Assembly (NCBI GenBank): GCA_010015585.1
Contig: ML975151.1
DNA from: Eremomyces bilateralis CBS 781.70
Taxonomy: Eukaryota
Length of the DNA stretch: 64,000 nucleotides
Strand: one strand, 5' to 3'
Shown here: in pieces, positions 38,456 to 51,315 of the stretch
Layout of the letters: every line of letters begins with the position of its first letter
Numbering within the stretch: position 1 is the stretch's first letter
The notes under the pieces: generated by a model
Databases searched by the model: none
The model's input: only the letters and a program-made list of their open reading frames with translations
Told to the model about the DNA's origin: nothing
Made by a program: the position numbers and the translations under genes

Positions 38456-41239
38456 GAAGCTGGTGGTAGTTTGTCGCGCCGGAAGCGGTACAAGGGAAGC
38501 ATGAGAATTCCTGCAACTCGGAGTGCGGAAGTCGCCCAGGTATTGCGGTCGTAAGTTCGTGGAGCCGATGTTTCTTTGGTCCTGACGATATGACGGTAAA
38601 TCCGATATGTACAGATCGTACAGTACCCTGCAGTCAGGGTAAGCTCGTGCTGGACAGGTGCAGTTGGAGGATAATCCAGGCAATCCAAACCCAGAGCCAC
38701 GGTCGTGATAGTAGATCAGGATTGGCAGACCGACAATTGGCCAGTACCGTACTGAGAGGTCGGAATTACCGTCTTATTTCCGAAAAAGGCCGGCGGTGTA
38801 ATTCCAACGATATTGATATCCCAATGGGAAGCAGCCAAGGTCGCGATTCTAAAATGCCCAATGACCGATCAAGGACGGCCAAGCTCTACAAGATTCCTCG
38901 AGGAGATGGATCAACAGTAGTACGATGAACAGACGAAGACGTTGGCCAAGCTGTGGCGAATTGAATGGCGGAATAGAAGTCGTGGTGGAAGGCGGTGGAT
39001 CTTGAGATAAGTACCGAGAAGGTGATGCAGCTTGACGTCGTAGTCGGTCGTGAATGAAAGATGAATGCGCCGAAGGAAAAACCGATACCTGGCTTAAAAT
39101 GCCTATTGTTGCTGGGCGCAGTCAAGCGCAAGAAAGAAAAAAAATCCTCCGTGTATTCCTCCTATTCCATGCAAATTCTTGGGAAAGGACCGGGTTCAAA
39201 GTCGAAAGGGACCGCACGGCGTCGGTTTTAGGTCATTGGAGAGATGCAAGCCGAAGGTGACAACAATGCCGGGTCCAAACTATACCACAAGACCAGGTAG
39301 CGAACCATAGACTGCAGCACGGTTGGAGTAGGCATATATAGACAGAGATGGGTGGCAGATCTCGGATACGAGAGCAAAGGGAGGAGGTACGTGATCGAGA
39401 TCTGGGGGCGAGAGGAGGGAGGGGGAAGGGGGGGAAGGAGGAAGAAGAAGAATAGGAAGAAGAACTGGAGAAGCCTCAATATTGGTGACGGGAAGAGGCG
39501 ATGAGGAAGAGGCGGGTAGTACTGTGGTTGATAAATGGATTGAAGGTTGATGGTGTGTGGTGACTACCGTGACTAACTGACAAGGGAGTACAGTAGATCA
39601 GGTCCGATGGAACATGAAAAAATCAGGGTCTGTACTTTGTACTCTGTTAGAGAATCCGGAGAAGGAATATTGGTGAATTGGGAGGCGATCGGCTTGCGCA
39701 CCGAAGACCAGTCGATCGCTTTGCTCGCAAGAGAAACCGAGCGGAAAGGGAACACGATTTGGCGGATTCGCCCGTAGACAAGATTAATTACGCGGTGACG
39801 AACAACGCGAAGCAAGAAGAGTGGGGCCTTGCAAATGATCTGATACCGCACGGTAGGCGACAAGTGACAAGCGACGCAACAGAGCCCCTCAAAACTCAAT
39901 CTCAAAGCAACTATGTATCTTCACGGCTCAAGCCATCAATCGACCAAGCGAGAGGATGTGGGAAAGGTGCAGACATGACGCAGGCGGAGATGATATGTGG
40001 CGTGGTGAGTAGCCTAGGGATGGGTTTGGTATGGGCGCATTTAGGTTCTTACTCCTTCAAGGCTAGGTTAATTCCAACCTCCAGTCTCCACCCGAACCAT
40101 ACGATACACTGTGAGGTGTTTCAAATTTCAATTCTACCAGACGGTACAGAGTAGTTACAAGCCTGTAGTATAAGTTTGTACAGCAAGACATCGAATCATG
40201 AAATCATAAAATCATGGGAACTTCAACGTCGAATCGTCGAATCCTACTCCATAATTCTTCCCACTTCCCTTTCGATTCGGCTGTTCCGACTGCAGATCAA
40301 TCCTTTCACCTATGTAACTAAGTTCCTTTGGATTACTGTAATACTTACAGAATCCTGATGGAACAGAATCGCAGAAGAGGCGGTGGGGTTACATTTTGAG
40401 ATACTTTGGACTTGGTCATATTTGCGTAGGCAACCGAGTAAGCAAGACGATACAGTATAATCGTACAGTTTTTCGAACATCTTTGTATGACGATTTCGGA
40501 GATCAGATGGTGTTCTGTGGAGAGCGGGCAGCTGAACCCTTTCGAAAGCACCCACGGGCCACGGTTTGCCACCGGGCTAGGTAGCCTACCGGTAGCTCTC
40601 TGGTGGAATGTATTTGGAAATCCCGAAAATCAGTTCATGTCAAGATTGACATGAACTGTCGGTTCGGAGCGGGTCCAGTCTTGTTCAACCTTGTGTCATA
40701 ATCTGCTTAGCAACCCATGACAGCGGTACAAGCAAACGGTCTTATCATCGTACACTGTATTAGTGCCAGCGGTGATTTGTGACTTGTGACGTGTGAGAGA
40801 GAATAATAAGTGAAGGTGAGCTCATGCTTAGTGGGAAGGAGTGTCTCATTCCTAACGATATATTATATGGAGTTATTGTGACAATGAGCACTATTATGGA
40901 AAGGAGAAGCAGAGGAACAAGGGAAACCAAGGATACTTCCTTTCCTGTACTTCGGCTAACTAATACTAGTTACTGATGAAACTACTTCAATAGCGCATCC
41001 TATTGTCGCATCATCCAGCTAGGTACCTGTTGATATCAATTATCAAACTGTATTCCGTATCCCAAAACTCTGTAACCCCTCAATAATGTCTATGACCACT
41101 GACCGCCGACGACATCCCTACTCCTGCTATTATGTACATGCTCATGGACACCAGGAGCCTTGGAACCCTTCGTTCGGTTGGTCCATGTCCTAATTTAGCT
41201 TAGAGTCAAGTAACTGCTCGGCCATATTACTAAGTTAAC

Positions 41240-41274
41240 TAACTAGTTAACTAACTTAGTTAGTTAACTAGTTA
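41240..41274. repeat. Perfect hairpin with 17-bp arms and 1-nt loop
   Basis: TAACTAGTTAACTAACT-t-AGTTAGTTAACTAGTTA. Confidence 0.85.
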
Positions 41275-41765
41275 ATACTAAATGGTAGTTATTACTCTTT
41301 CAAAATCCTTTCCCCTCACTCCCCCTCACCCTCACCTTCTCAACGCCCATTCCTATTCCCTCCGGACCCTTTCCCTCCTCTCCTATGAACCCCCGATTTT
41401 CAATCGTCAAACAAAATTCTCGAAGCCATCCGCATCAAGAGAGAAAACATGCGATCTTCTCCCCATTGGCCATCGAGCCGCGTCCCTTGCCGTATTCTGC
41501 ATTAGTCCACCTCCCTTTCGATCGGATTCTGGGTAGGCGATCGTTGTCCTGCCATCCGGTCTATACCTGAAACGATTCCGTGCCTGCCATGGTGCAGCGC
41601 AATCGATCCCTCCGCGGAACAATTTCTGGATAGATCTTCCGATGTTGGCTTACCGATCGTACGATTATGATGCTCCTAACCCAGCAGAGACAGGGGCATG
41701 CAGGACGACACTGCGCACAATATTCCACGTGCACGGCTCTGCTTCTTGAAATCGCTTTCTGGAAT

Positions 41766-42198
41766 GGCTGGTGAGATTTTCCCCCCTCAGAAGTACCAAA
41801 ATCACCACATTTCAACTTCAACGCCAAACAGCTCAACACCAGCTTCGAAATAATATAATTTTTAAATGCTAAGAAAAATACTAAAGCCTGGGTAACTGAG
41901 CCTACTATTTTAGATCTCTAAATACCCCCTGCGTTGTGGTTTAATTTTGTGCTGAAGTTGGTGAGTTGTATGAAAAAACTGCCATAACTTTAATCCTAAA
42001 TCACGTAACACCACAACTTATTAGGATTAAATTTCGGAGTCTAGGAGCAAGAGGGAGTCCTAAAGAACTCTATCTAAGTTTTGAATTTAAAAATAATGCT
42101 GAAAGTGTGGCTATATTGCCTTGTAAATTTCCAAAGCGGCGGTTTGGGACTTCTGAAGGGGGGAAAATCTCAAAACGGGGGGGAAAATCTCACCAGCC
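41766..42198. mobile_element. 433-bp non-autonomous DNA transposon (MITE)
   Basis: Perfect 21-bp TIR GGCTGGTGAGATTTTCCCCCC (41766-41786 and 42178-42198); further imperfect subterminal symmetry; GGAAT duplicated at 41761-41765 and 42199-42203; AT-rich non-coding interior. Confidence 0.85.
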
Positions 42199-43491
42199 GG
42201 AATGGAATTCTCGATTGGATGCGAGATTCGAACACAGATATCGATGATTCAAGTCACTACCGGTATTAATTACAAGGGGGCAAGGTGGTAGAGTCCCCCT
42301 AACCCGTAATATGGAGCCAAAAATCGGACCTCTGAGAATTGTCCGCAGGGATGAGAGATGAATCCTGATAAAACTGTTAACTGTAAACTGTGAACGGGTT
42401 AAGGTCCACCATTGGTACCATGCTGTCTCATAGTATGGTTCTATTTATCCGAGTATCTCATATTCTTGCCGTTGCTTGGAGTGCCGCTTTCGATCCTATG
42501 AGTGTTACTGGTGACACGAAGACGAATCTTGGAAGCTGCAGAATTGGCGAATGAGGCTGGCGATGCTATGCATTCCTCAACTGCAGGGCCATTTCTATTG
42601 CCATGCTGAGGGATGATGACTGATCTCGAGATTCAACTGGCCAAGATAATAATACATATAGTACCTACCGGTAAATGTGGGAAATACCTGCCCCAGACCT
42701 GGACCTCAAAATTATGGCACGACCCGGAACCGACCAGTCGTATTCTCCCAATCCCTAATATCCCTGGTTGCCTCTGCCCCATATCCACATCGGAGGGATG
42801 GAGGTGCGGAGATGCTATTTTTCGAACAGCATGCATGATTTCGCCCACCAGTGGCAATTTTGCATGATGCAACAACAATCCCATGTACCGGAATACCGGT
42901 CTACAGGACCGTTCCATATGACTTCGGTCGGAAATACCAGGCTCAAGCCGTCAAGGTACCGTCACTGTCCTACCACGCCATATCATCTAGCCGCGATTTT
43001 GCACCACGTTGATCCTTCGATCAAAGACATCAATCGCCTTGTTATCATTTTTGAACATTTTCTTTGGGGTTTGGAGAGAAATAGTTATTGTAAACATGTG
43101 GTGTTGACCAGAGTCCATCACCACCTCTCCTGATAGATTCGCTGCCCGACCGTCTTCCCATTCTTCCGTGCCAGCCCTGGGTTAACTGTTGGTGCAGGAG
43201 GGATTGCGAGAGGACCGTTCCATTGCCATATTATGGAAGTATCCAGAGGACACCATCCGTTGTCCAAACACATACGGCAGACTTAGACCTATCGAGGTAG
43301 AGCGTCTCAAGCGACCAGGAGCTACAACTAGATTGCCGCTGAAGCAAGGTTTTCGAATAACCCCCGGCGACCACAAAGTTAACACTAGTAGCCGTGTCTC
43401 GTCCTCTTTCTCATAGATGCACGATGGTCTAAATCTCCATGCTTTGGTAGCTGCTCGCTCGCATGCAACTGCTGGTATCACGGTCCAGGCC

Positions 43492-44035
43492 TTATACCGG
43501 ACCTTCACCACCAGGGATCAACTAGTGCCAGTTAGTCTCTGCTTGCGCACATAGATAATCCATAGGAAGGGGCTTACCATGCAAATATTGTTGCCGTTGA
43601 GAAGGATTTTGGAAATCTTCGTGTGCGTGCCGCTGTAGTCGCTGCAAGAAGTCAGCCTTGTCGGGAAAACAACGATACGGAGCGATGCCATGAGGTCTGA
43701 ATCTCACTTACAATTCGGTCACGTCCTCGAGGACCATATCTGTACCAAGTTAATATCTGCGGACAGGCTCCAACGCCAACGGGAATTTAGGATGGCACTT
43801 ACTGACATAGTCATCAAATCCAAGCAGCGTGCCGGAGAACTCTGTTCGTCATTGAATTTAGCAAACCAATCATTCCTCCGAAGGTGAAGATGGAAATACC
43901 TTTGTCGCCTTTCATGACGACCCATATTCTTGACCCAACGCACTTGTCAATCAGCTCTGCAGGATATCAGCTATCATGTATACGGCGCCCCGGTGAACGT
44001 TGCAACATACCGAGAGGAAGCAGTTGGGAGGCCAT
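43492..44035 (-). CDS. LSM5: U6 snRNP Sm-like protein LSm5 (6 exons)
   Basis: Manual splicing of five GT-AG introns gives [80 protein letters not shown]. Confidence 0.95.
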
Positions 44036-44969
44036 GCTGAGCGAGCTCTGACTGTTGAAATCAAGTATCCAAGGAATTCATTAAGGACATCCGTAAGTCT
44101 TCCCGAAGCTTATAGGTGCCCAGTCCCTGTATGAAGGTCGATGTTTGAAGGGCAAGATTTTGGTACCACGTGATTGCGACGATTGGAAGTCTAGTACGGC
44201 TGGCGAAGTATGCCGATCATGCAAGTTCTTAGACAGCACACGTGACAGGTCGTCTGGTGCCGTATGTGCCAGCCATGGATCGTGCTTGTGACTTCAAAGT
44301 TCAATTGTCATAATTCCTCCATAATTAATAGGTAATTCCATCATCCATGAACTGAACATTTCATTCAATTTCAATTCGACTGCAACTGCAACTTCAACGG
44401 CACCGGCAATAGAAAATTCGACCACACATGACATCATAATCCATTTCATCCAAGCTTTTATTATGGAAGCTAGTGTCGAGGTACACTGGTACAGACCAAT
44501 GCCGTTGCAAACAACCAACGTAAATATCTTTATCATCAGCATCACGAAAGGCCCGATTGAAGAGCATTTGGCCTGACCCACGAGATCGATGATTGTTCAC
44601 AAGATTCCCTTCAGTCTTCTGCCTTTGCGCTCGGTCCGGATATGTAATGGCCAGGTAATGGCCAGGTAATGGCCGTGTAATCCCAGACATGAAGTGCTGA
44701 GACGACACACCAACTTCGGCGTACTGCCTAATTCCTGGTTCGACTGTACTGGTTGCTTGGTGTGCCATGCAGTTTTGATATCCTAATTAATTATTGCCCG
44801 CAACGATTGGTGTTCACTCGTCACTTTCCCAACCCCAGCGACTCACCTACCGCCGCCAGGATCAGGAAGCGCGATCAAACAATACGAACCGCAGCATCGT
44901 GACAGGAACAAGTTCCTGTACAACAAAGATAAAACCAAGCATCTCTTGCTCACTCCTTTTCTAATCGAT

Positions 44970-46698
44970 ATGTCCCAAACTCGAGCACAGTTAGACGCCC
45001 AGAGGAAGCGGCAAGCTCCAGCACCAAAGGATCAAGGTGCGCTTTTCGTGCTGCTGCAGTCAGGGCAGTATTTCCCTAACCATTATCAGGAATGCGACCT
45101 CACGGTGTCGAGAAATCACACAGGAGCACACCCGGAAAAGTCACTCATCGCGGGCGACCTGTACCCAAGATCCACCCACATCCATCGCAGGCAAACATCG
45201 ACCCAGGAGTATGCCAATTCCATCCTACCCGCGATGCCATGCTAATATCTCTTTCACAGGATTCACCACCGCCTCTCCGACGTAGAGACAGAAAGCGATC
45301 GCACATGGTTGAATATTCTGAGCACGGTCTTGACGGATCCCCTCGGAAGCGGCAACGAACATCCGTTCCACAACCTGCTGCTAAAGATATCTTCAGACAA
45401 CAGCCGGTCAGCGGCGACGTCGACGATTTGGTAGGCGTCGAATTCTGGACGAGGGAAGGACACTGGCCACCAGAATATTTCGAGCCGAGCACTATGGAGC
45501 AAGTACTCGCGAGGAAGCGATCGTCGCCATCTCTTCGCCGTAAGCGATCGGGATCGGGCATCACTGCATCTAGCGCTGTCACACCAAGCGATCAGAAGCC
45601 GAGGGCGGAAATGAGTGCGCCATATACGGACGCGCAGTACGAGCTTCTTCTCCAGGCGAAGGGCACGTAATGAATGAGTCCAAGCTAGATGTCACAAACG
45701 AGAGCTAGCGCCTTTGCCACGACCTCCTCGACGGCGAACAGACGTTTCCCAATGAGTCGATATTCGACGATGATGTGTTCAAGGACGCCTGCCAGAACCT
45801 GCAGAGACAGAATGAAGCTAGAGTCCTTCAAGACATTTCTCGGCTGATCGTCCCTTCGGCGGAAACGCTTGGACTCCGCGCCAAGAACCTTAAACACATC
45901 ACCGAGAGCGTCAACGAGGGCTGGAACAACTCTATCCCTCTAACCGGAACTCGTCCACAGCCCGACTACTCTGTGGGATTCAGGCGCGAGGCGTTTACAG
46001 ATGATCAGCTCCACAAGCTCTCGCCGTTCATTGGCGACTGGTTATCTGGAGACCTATCATACTTCATGGCCACGTACTCTATGTACTTTCCGTTCCTAGC
46101 GTGTGAAGTGGAGTGCGGCGACGCGGCGCTCGACCTCGTAGATCACCAGAATGCCCATAGTATGACCCTCGTAGTACGAGCCGTCGTTGAGCTCTTCCGC
46201 CTCGTGAACCGGGGGAAGGAGCTCCACCGTCAAATCCTCGCCTTCTCTATCTCTCACGATCACCGATCTGTACGGATCTACGGTTACTACCCTGTGATAT
46301 ACAGGAAGAATACAAAGTATTATCGCCACCCGATCCGTACGTTTGACTTCACGGAACTGGACGGCAAGGAGAAGTGGACAGCATACCGCTTTACGAAGAA
46401 TGTCTACGACAAGTGGATGCCTGCACCACTTGAGAGGATCCGCTCGGCCATCGACCAGTTACCGTCTGAGTTACCGTCTGAGTTAGATTTTGACGTATCC
46501 TCGCTCCCCGAGGAAACCAGTCTTTCCCAAGACCTCGAAAGCCATCCGTTATCGCAGTCCAATGCTAACTCCGCATCAGCGCCGAAAGGTGACGATAGTG
46601 AGTCGAGCGTTGCGGGTAAGCGAGGGGCCACTCCAGATACCTCATTCAAAGGGTCAAGAACCTCAAAGAGGCCGAAGAAACTACATGGCACGAGATAG
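44970..46698 (+). pseudogene. Disrupted member of a multicopy fungal PD-(D/E)xK-like family (recalled as DUF7924-type)
   Basis: ARVLQDISRLIVPSAE, PQPDYSVGF, YFPFLACEVEC, QNAHSM, ILAFSISHDHRSVRIYG, KEKWTAYRFTKNVYD. Frameshift at about 45667-45670 and in-frame TAG at 45706-45708. Confidence 0.75.
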
Positions 46699-47330
46699 GA
46701 GCCGGAGCAAGGAGGGAATAAGTCCATCCATACAGGCAGCTAGCAAGCATCATCTGAGGCACGCCACACGACTTCAACTCCAATCAGGGTATGCATGGCC
46801 GAAGGCACGGTCTGGGAGTCCTTGGAGAAATCCTTGACGATAGTGGGCCACGTACCAATTCTGCTGGGAGACCTCATACTGTTTCAATTTATCTCCGTCA
46901 CCCGTCCGGTGGTTATGGAAAGCAAAACGACGATGGGGAGTTAGTCGTCTCAAACACCTCTAACTGTTCGACGTGATGCTAACACCAGCATTTCTCCGGA
47001 TTGATTGGGGGGCGGCTCCGCATATTCGGTTTTGTACCGCTAAAGAGATAATGCAATGTATCAATTATTAAGTCATGCCTTTGCCCTGGTATTCGAAATG
47101 TTTTGGGCCCACAGATGTTCCAAACATCCGTAGTTCCGTGTGCTCAAGAGGGTACATCCATGTCCATTAGAGAACCATCTAATATATTAGAGACGATGAC
47201 GAAGTACACAAACCATCCGTGCATTGAGCTATAGACTCTGTAAAGCTTGTTTAAAGGCGCAATGCCGTCGCTGTTCCCATCGTGCTCGCTCAACTTCGGA
47301 TAATTTGATCAGTTTCCCCGGTTCTCAGCC

Positions 47331-48457
47331 ATGAAGTTTGCCGAATTCGCAGTCGCCGCCGTTGCGGTTGTGTCCGGAGTGGACGCTTTCCCTACACTCC
47401 TGAAGCGTGCATCGGTCTCGGAGGCGGCCTCCGTTGGGTTTGCGACATTGAATGGAGGGTATGCAACCATTTCCCTTGTCCTTTACCCAGTCTTATCTGA
47501 CGGACACGGCATAGAACTAAAGGGGGAGCTGGAGGGCCAACAGTCAACGTTGCTTCGGCAGATGCACTTCAATCCGCCGTCGAAGGCAACGACCCGAAGA
47601 TCGTAGTCATCACAGGGCCAATTTCCGGGGCTGTAAAGATCAAGATCGGGTCAAATAAGACGATCCTGGGGAAGGACTCGTCTGCAAGTCAGTATCCTCA
47701 TAAATCATCCCCAGATCGTCGATTTTGGAATGCTGATACACGTTTCCAGAACTCAATGGAGTTGGTTTGTCGATTGACAAGCAAAAGAACGTCATTATTC
47801 GCAACATTGTCATTTCCAAGGTTGTGGCGAAGACTGGGGATGCGATTAGCATCCAGAGGACGACGAACGTATGGTACGCAAAACGTCCCTCCACTCGAAG
47901 TCATGATTTATATTGACTAGTGTGCTAGGATCGATCACTGCGACCTATCTTCCGACAGGGAGCATGACAAGGACTACTATGACGGTCTTCTTGACGTCAC
48001 CCATGCTGGAGACTTTGTGACCATTTCCAACACGTACCTGCACGATCATTGGAAAGCCTCCCTCGTTGGCCACTCGGACAGCAACAAGGCCGAAGATACG
48101 GGCCACCTCCGTGTCACCTACGTCAACAACCGGTTCGCCAAGATCAATAGCCGCGCCCCTAGTTTCCGCTTCGGTACCGGCCACATCTTGAACAACCTGT
48201 TCGAGGATGTCGCGGATGGGATCAACACCCGTCTCGGGGCGCAGCTCCTGGTCGAAGGGAACGCGTTCGTAGGAGCGAAGAAGCCGTTGTACTCCACCGA
48301 CCAGGGCTTTGCGGTCGAAAAGAACAACGATTTTGGCGGAGGCGCTAACACCGCGCCTAAGGGAACTCTGACGAGCGTGCCTTATGAATACAAGGCTACC
48401 GCTGCGGGGCAGGTCAAGGCCGCAGTGAGTGGGGCGGGTGCTACGCTCAAATTCTGA
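47331..48457 (+). CDS. Secreted pectate lyase (PL1)
   Basis: Signal peptide; GFATLNGGTKGGAGG, IGSNKTILG, NVIIRNI, NVW|IDH, YYDGLLDV, HWKASLVGHSD, RAPSFRFG; 3 introns. Confidence 0.93.
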
Positions 48458-48752
48458 GCAACTCTCGCACGACTGACGCTGTCTGTGGGCTCGGGACTGT
48501 AACCGGTCTGGTCAACGTATGGTTCGCACAATCCGTAATGTTCGAGTTCATTGTTTGGCACTGCCTGAAGGAAAAGCATGCGTTGCTCTCCTGTTGCGGA
48601 GGTGATGGCCCTTGTATTGGATAGATAAAATCCAATCATTGCCAATGATCAGCAAGTTTGGTTTTCACGCGGACCTGTGACCACTGCCGTCCTCGACCGG
48701 AAAAACTGTAAAAACCGGGTAAATTGCATAGTAGCAAACCGGTATTTGACCG

Positions 48753-50204
48753 TCAACCAGGGTTTCCATTGAAATGGGGGAGCATGGCCGGCACAAACTC
48801 CACGTGTGATTGGTCGGTGGTCGTAGGCGTAATCGTCGAAAGGGGCCCGGCAGAGTTTGGTTCCGAGGCGGAATGGATCGTGGACATTTCTGGCTCCAAC
48901 TTGTGTTCGTCTCGGGGGGACATGTTAGGGTCTCCGTTACCTAGAGATGGCAACGTTTTGATGACTGGTGCTTGAACTGGAGGGCTCTCTTCATGCAAGA
49001 ACTACTGCTGTAAGCTACGAGGAAAACTTCGGGCATGGCGACGGCATACCTTAGGTGAGTTCGATGGCAGACCACGCTCCATCGCAAGCCGATGAGCTGC
49101 TCGCCTCTTTCTCGATATATCTTCCTCTTCCTGCCTCTCAAGGCGAAGATCTTCATCTTTTAAATCATCAAGCATAGGCGCGTCAACATCCTCGTCTTCA
49201 AGTATGGATACCCTAGACTTGGCATCTTTTATCCGCTGTTCGCCGTCATGCCGAATGCTCTTAGACGACACGGATCGGGTGGAGACTCTGGATCGAGACG
49301 GTCGCTTGCTGTCCGTCTTCCCACTAAGCGCTTCTTCCGAGCCTACGGGTCGAGTTTCGAGTACCATGGCGAACTCATCGTCGAGCGGAACTGCATCGTC
49401 GAGTTCGTCTTCGCTAGGGAAAATATCTCCTCTGGAACTCAGCGAGTCCTCGGTCTGTCCCGACGCGGTAGTGCTACTGCGATTGCGCGTGTGCCTTTTC
49501 ATGTTTCCCTTGGCTTTCCCTCGCCCGTCGGGGTGTGAAACCGATGCCCATGCCTCCTCCTCGCTGTCTTCAATAAGCGGTTGGTGCGACTCGTCCCACT
49601 CCAGTCCCGCTCTTCGTTGTCCCGGGTGGTCTTGTAAATCCGCAGCCGAGGGCCTGTATTTCAGTCCCTTTCCACCAATCTTCCAAGGGAGCCGTCCGAG
49701 GAATCCAAAATAGTTCGAGTTGGGAATGATGGTCGGATCCACTCCCACGTCATGCGGTTGCCCTCCACTCTTTCGTCTCCCCCTTTCGCCGCTTACCAAT
49801 CGATCCCTGCGCGTTCCGTAGGACATAACTTGTTCGCGTCCTGGCTGAGCATTTCGACTCCCCGAGCCGGACAATAGTCGATCGAGCTCATCATTGCCCC
49901 ACGCCAAGATTCCGGAGTCCTCTCCTCCTTCTTCATCCCAGTCGTCGTAGAAATCAAAGTTCAACTCGGCCCTTCCTCTTCCTCTCGTTCGTCTCCGAGC
50001 GCGATCTTGTCGGAGCTTCTCGTCTCTGGAAGGAAAGCATGTTCCAACACAGGAGGTGAGGCATTGGGTAACCGACGACACGCATGGGTCGATATATGTT
50101 TGGGAGAATGAATATAAACCGACTTGGGCGGTCTCGTTCGCAGCTTCAAGGTTCTGAGAGAGTTGATTGAGGGTTCGGCGAAGCCGTGGATCGTTGCGAA
50201 ACAT
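48753..50204 (-). CDS. Hypothetical fungal protein
   Basis: 400-aa ORF (ELNFDFYDDW, DELDRLL, LKYRPSAADLQ, SRGDIFPSEDELDDAVPLDDEFAMVL) plus a 3' exon after a GTATGC..AG intron. Confidence 0.8.
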
Positions 50205-51315
50205 TCTGATGCATTGCGAGCCAACGGCGGCTCCACGTTGTCATCAAGCTATCGGAATTGCGAGCGCATAGCGGTTATCATCGAACATGGGACACAATGT
50301 CCATTGGTATTGCAGCTCTAGGTATAAAACGGTGAGTGAGGTTTGTTTGTTTTGCGACGATGTGAACTTCCGATGCGTGTAGAAGTGTAGATGAGTTGGA
50401 CATGGAGTGCCGTCGGGACATCAATGGAACCTCCGAACCTGAGCCTCGAGGACGCACGTGCGCCAAGCCAAGCCAAGCCTCAAAAGTCCCGTGACCTCGA
50501 AGAAAACCCTGTTGACATAAATTCTCGGTTCTTTGCTCCCCATCCAAACTTTACCATCTCCCTCCTTACACAGTACGGTGTCGCTCGAATATCTCGAATA
50601 TCCTAACGCAAATGTCAGCGTGTAGTCAATTGACGAGCTACCTACCAGCAGGAAGGGATTCATATAACGACGGCTGAGACCCTCCTCAAGATTAGACCTT
50701 CGTATGGCCCAGTATTCCCGTTTCCAAATGCAAGCCAATCTTCCCCAATCCTTCTGTTCAATGGAGGACCACGGATTTTTCTACTTGCAAGATGAATGAA
50801 CCGCAAGTTTGAGGCACCTGATCAGATTCCATCATCAAGTCGTCATAGAAGCGCGGCACATACTATCGATGCTCAGGGAGTTGGAGGAAAGTGAGCCACA
50901 CCCGAGCACCAAACGAGATTCGCCAGCAGCTTCTTTTTCTGGTTGGCAAAGTTAACTACTATGTATGAAGGAATTGGTGCATCGTGCTTATCTGAAGTCA
51001 CTGGGGATAATTTTAAAGAGTGACGGTTCCTTGCCGGTTTCTTCTATTTCTAATCCAACCTTGGGTAGCTTACAAGAGAATCAGGGGCAATATTGAGCAT
51101 GATTGTTTTGACCGAGGATTGCACACAATTGTTATTACTGAGAAACGTGCTTCGAAGATGAGGGCGACCTTCTAGGAGCCGATAATATTGGATCGTCGAT
51201 ATTGTAGATTATCCATTTCCACACGGTCACGTTAACCAACATCTCTTAGGATCTCATCAGTATAGAGTATGTGCCATGACAATGTGATTCCTATTCGCTT
51301 GTTCTATATTACGGG

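Noticed and set aside
42300..43450. Additional gene or transposase next to the MITE
   Set aside because: Only short, stop-interrupted ORFs with no recognisable motif.
44394..44768. 124-aa minus-strand ORF with an 11-bp tandem repeat (GTAATGGCCAG)
   Set aside because: No recognisable domain; cannot be supported as a gene.
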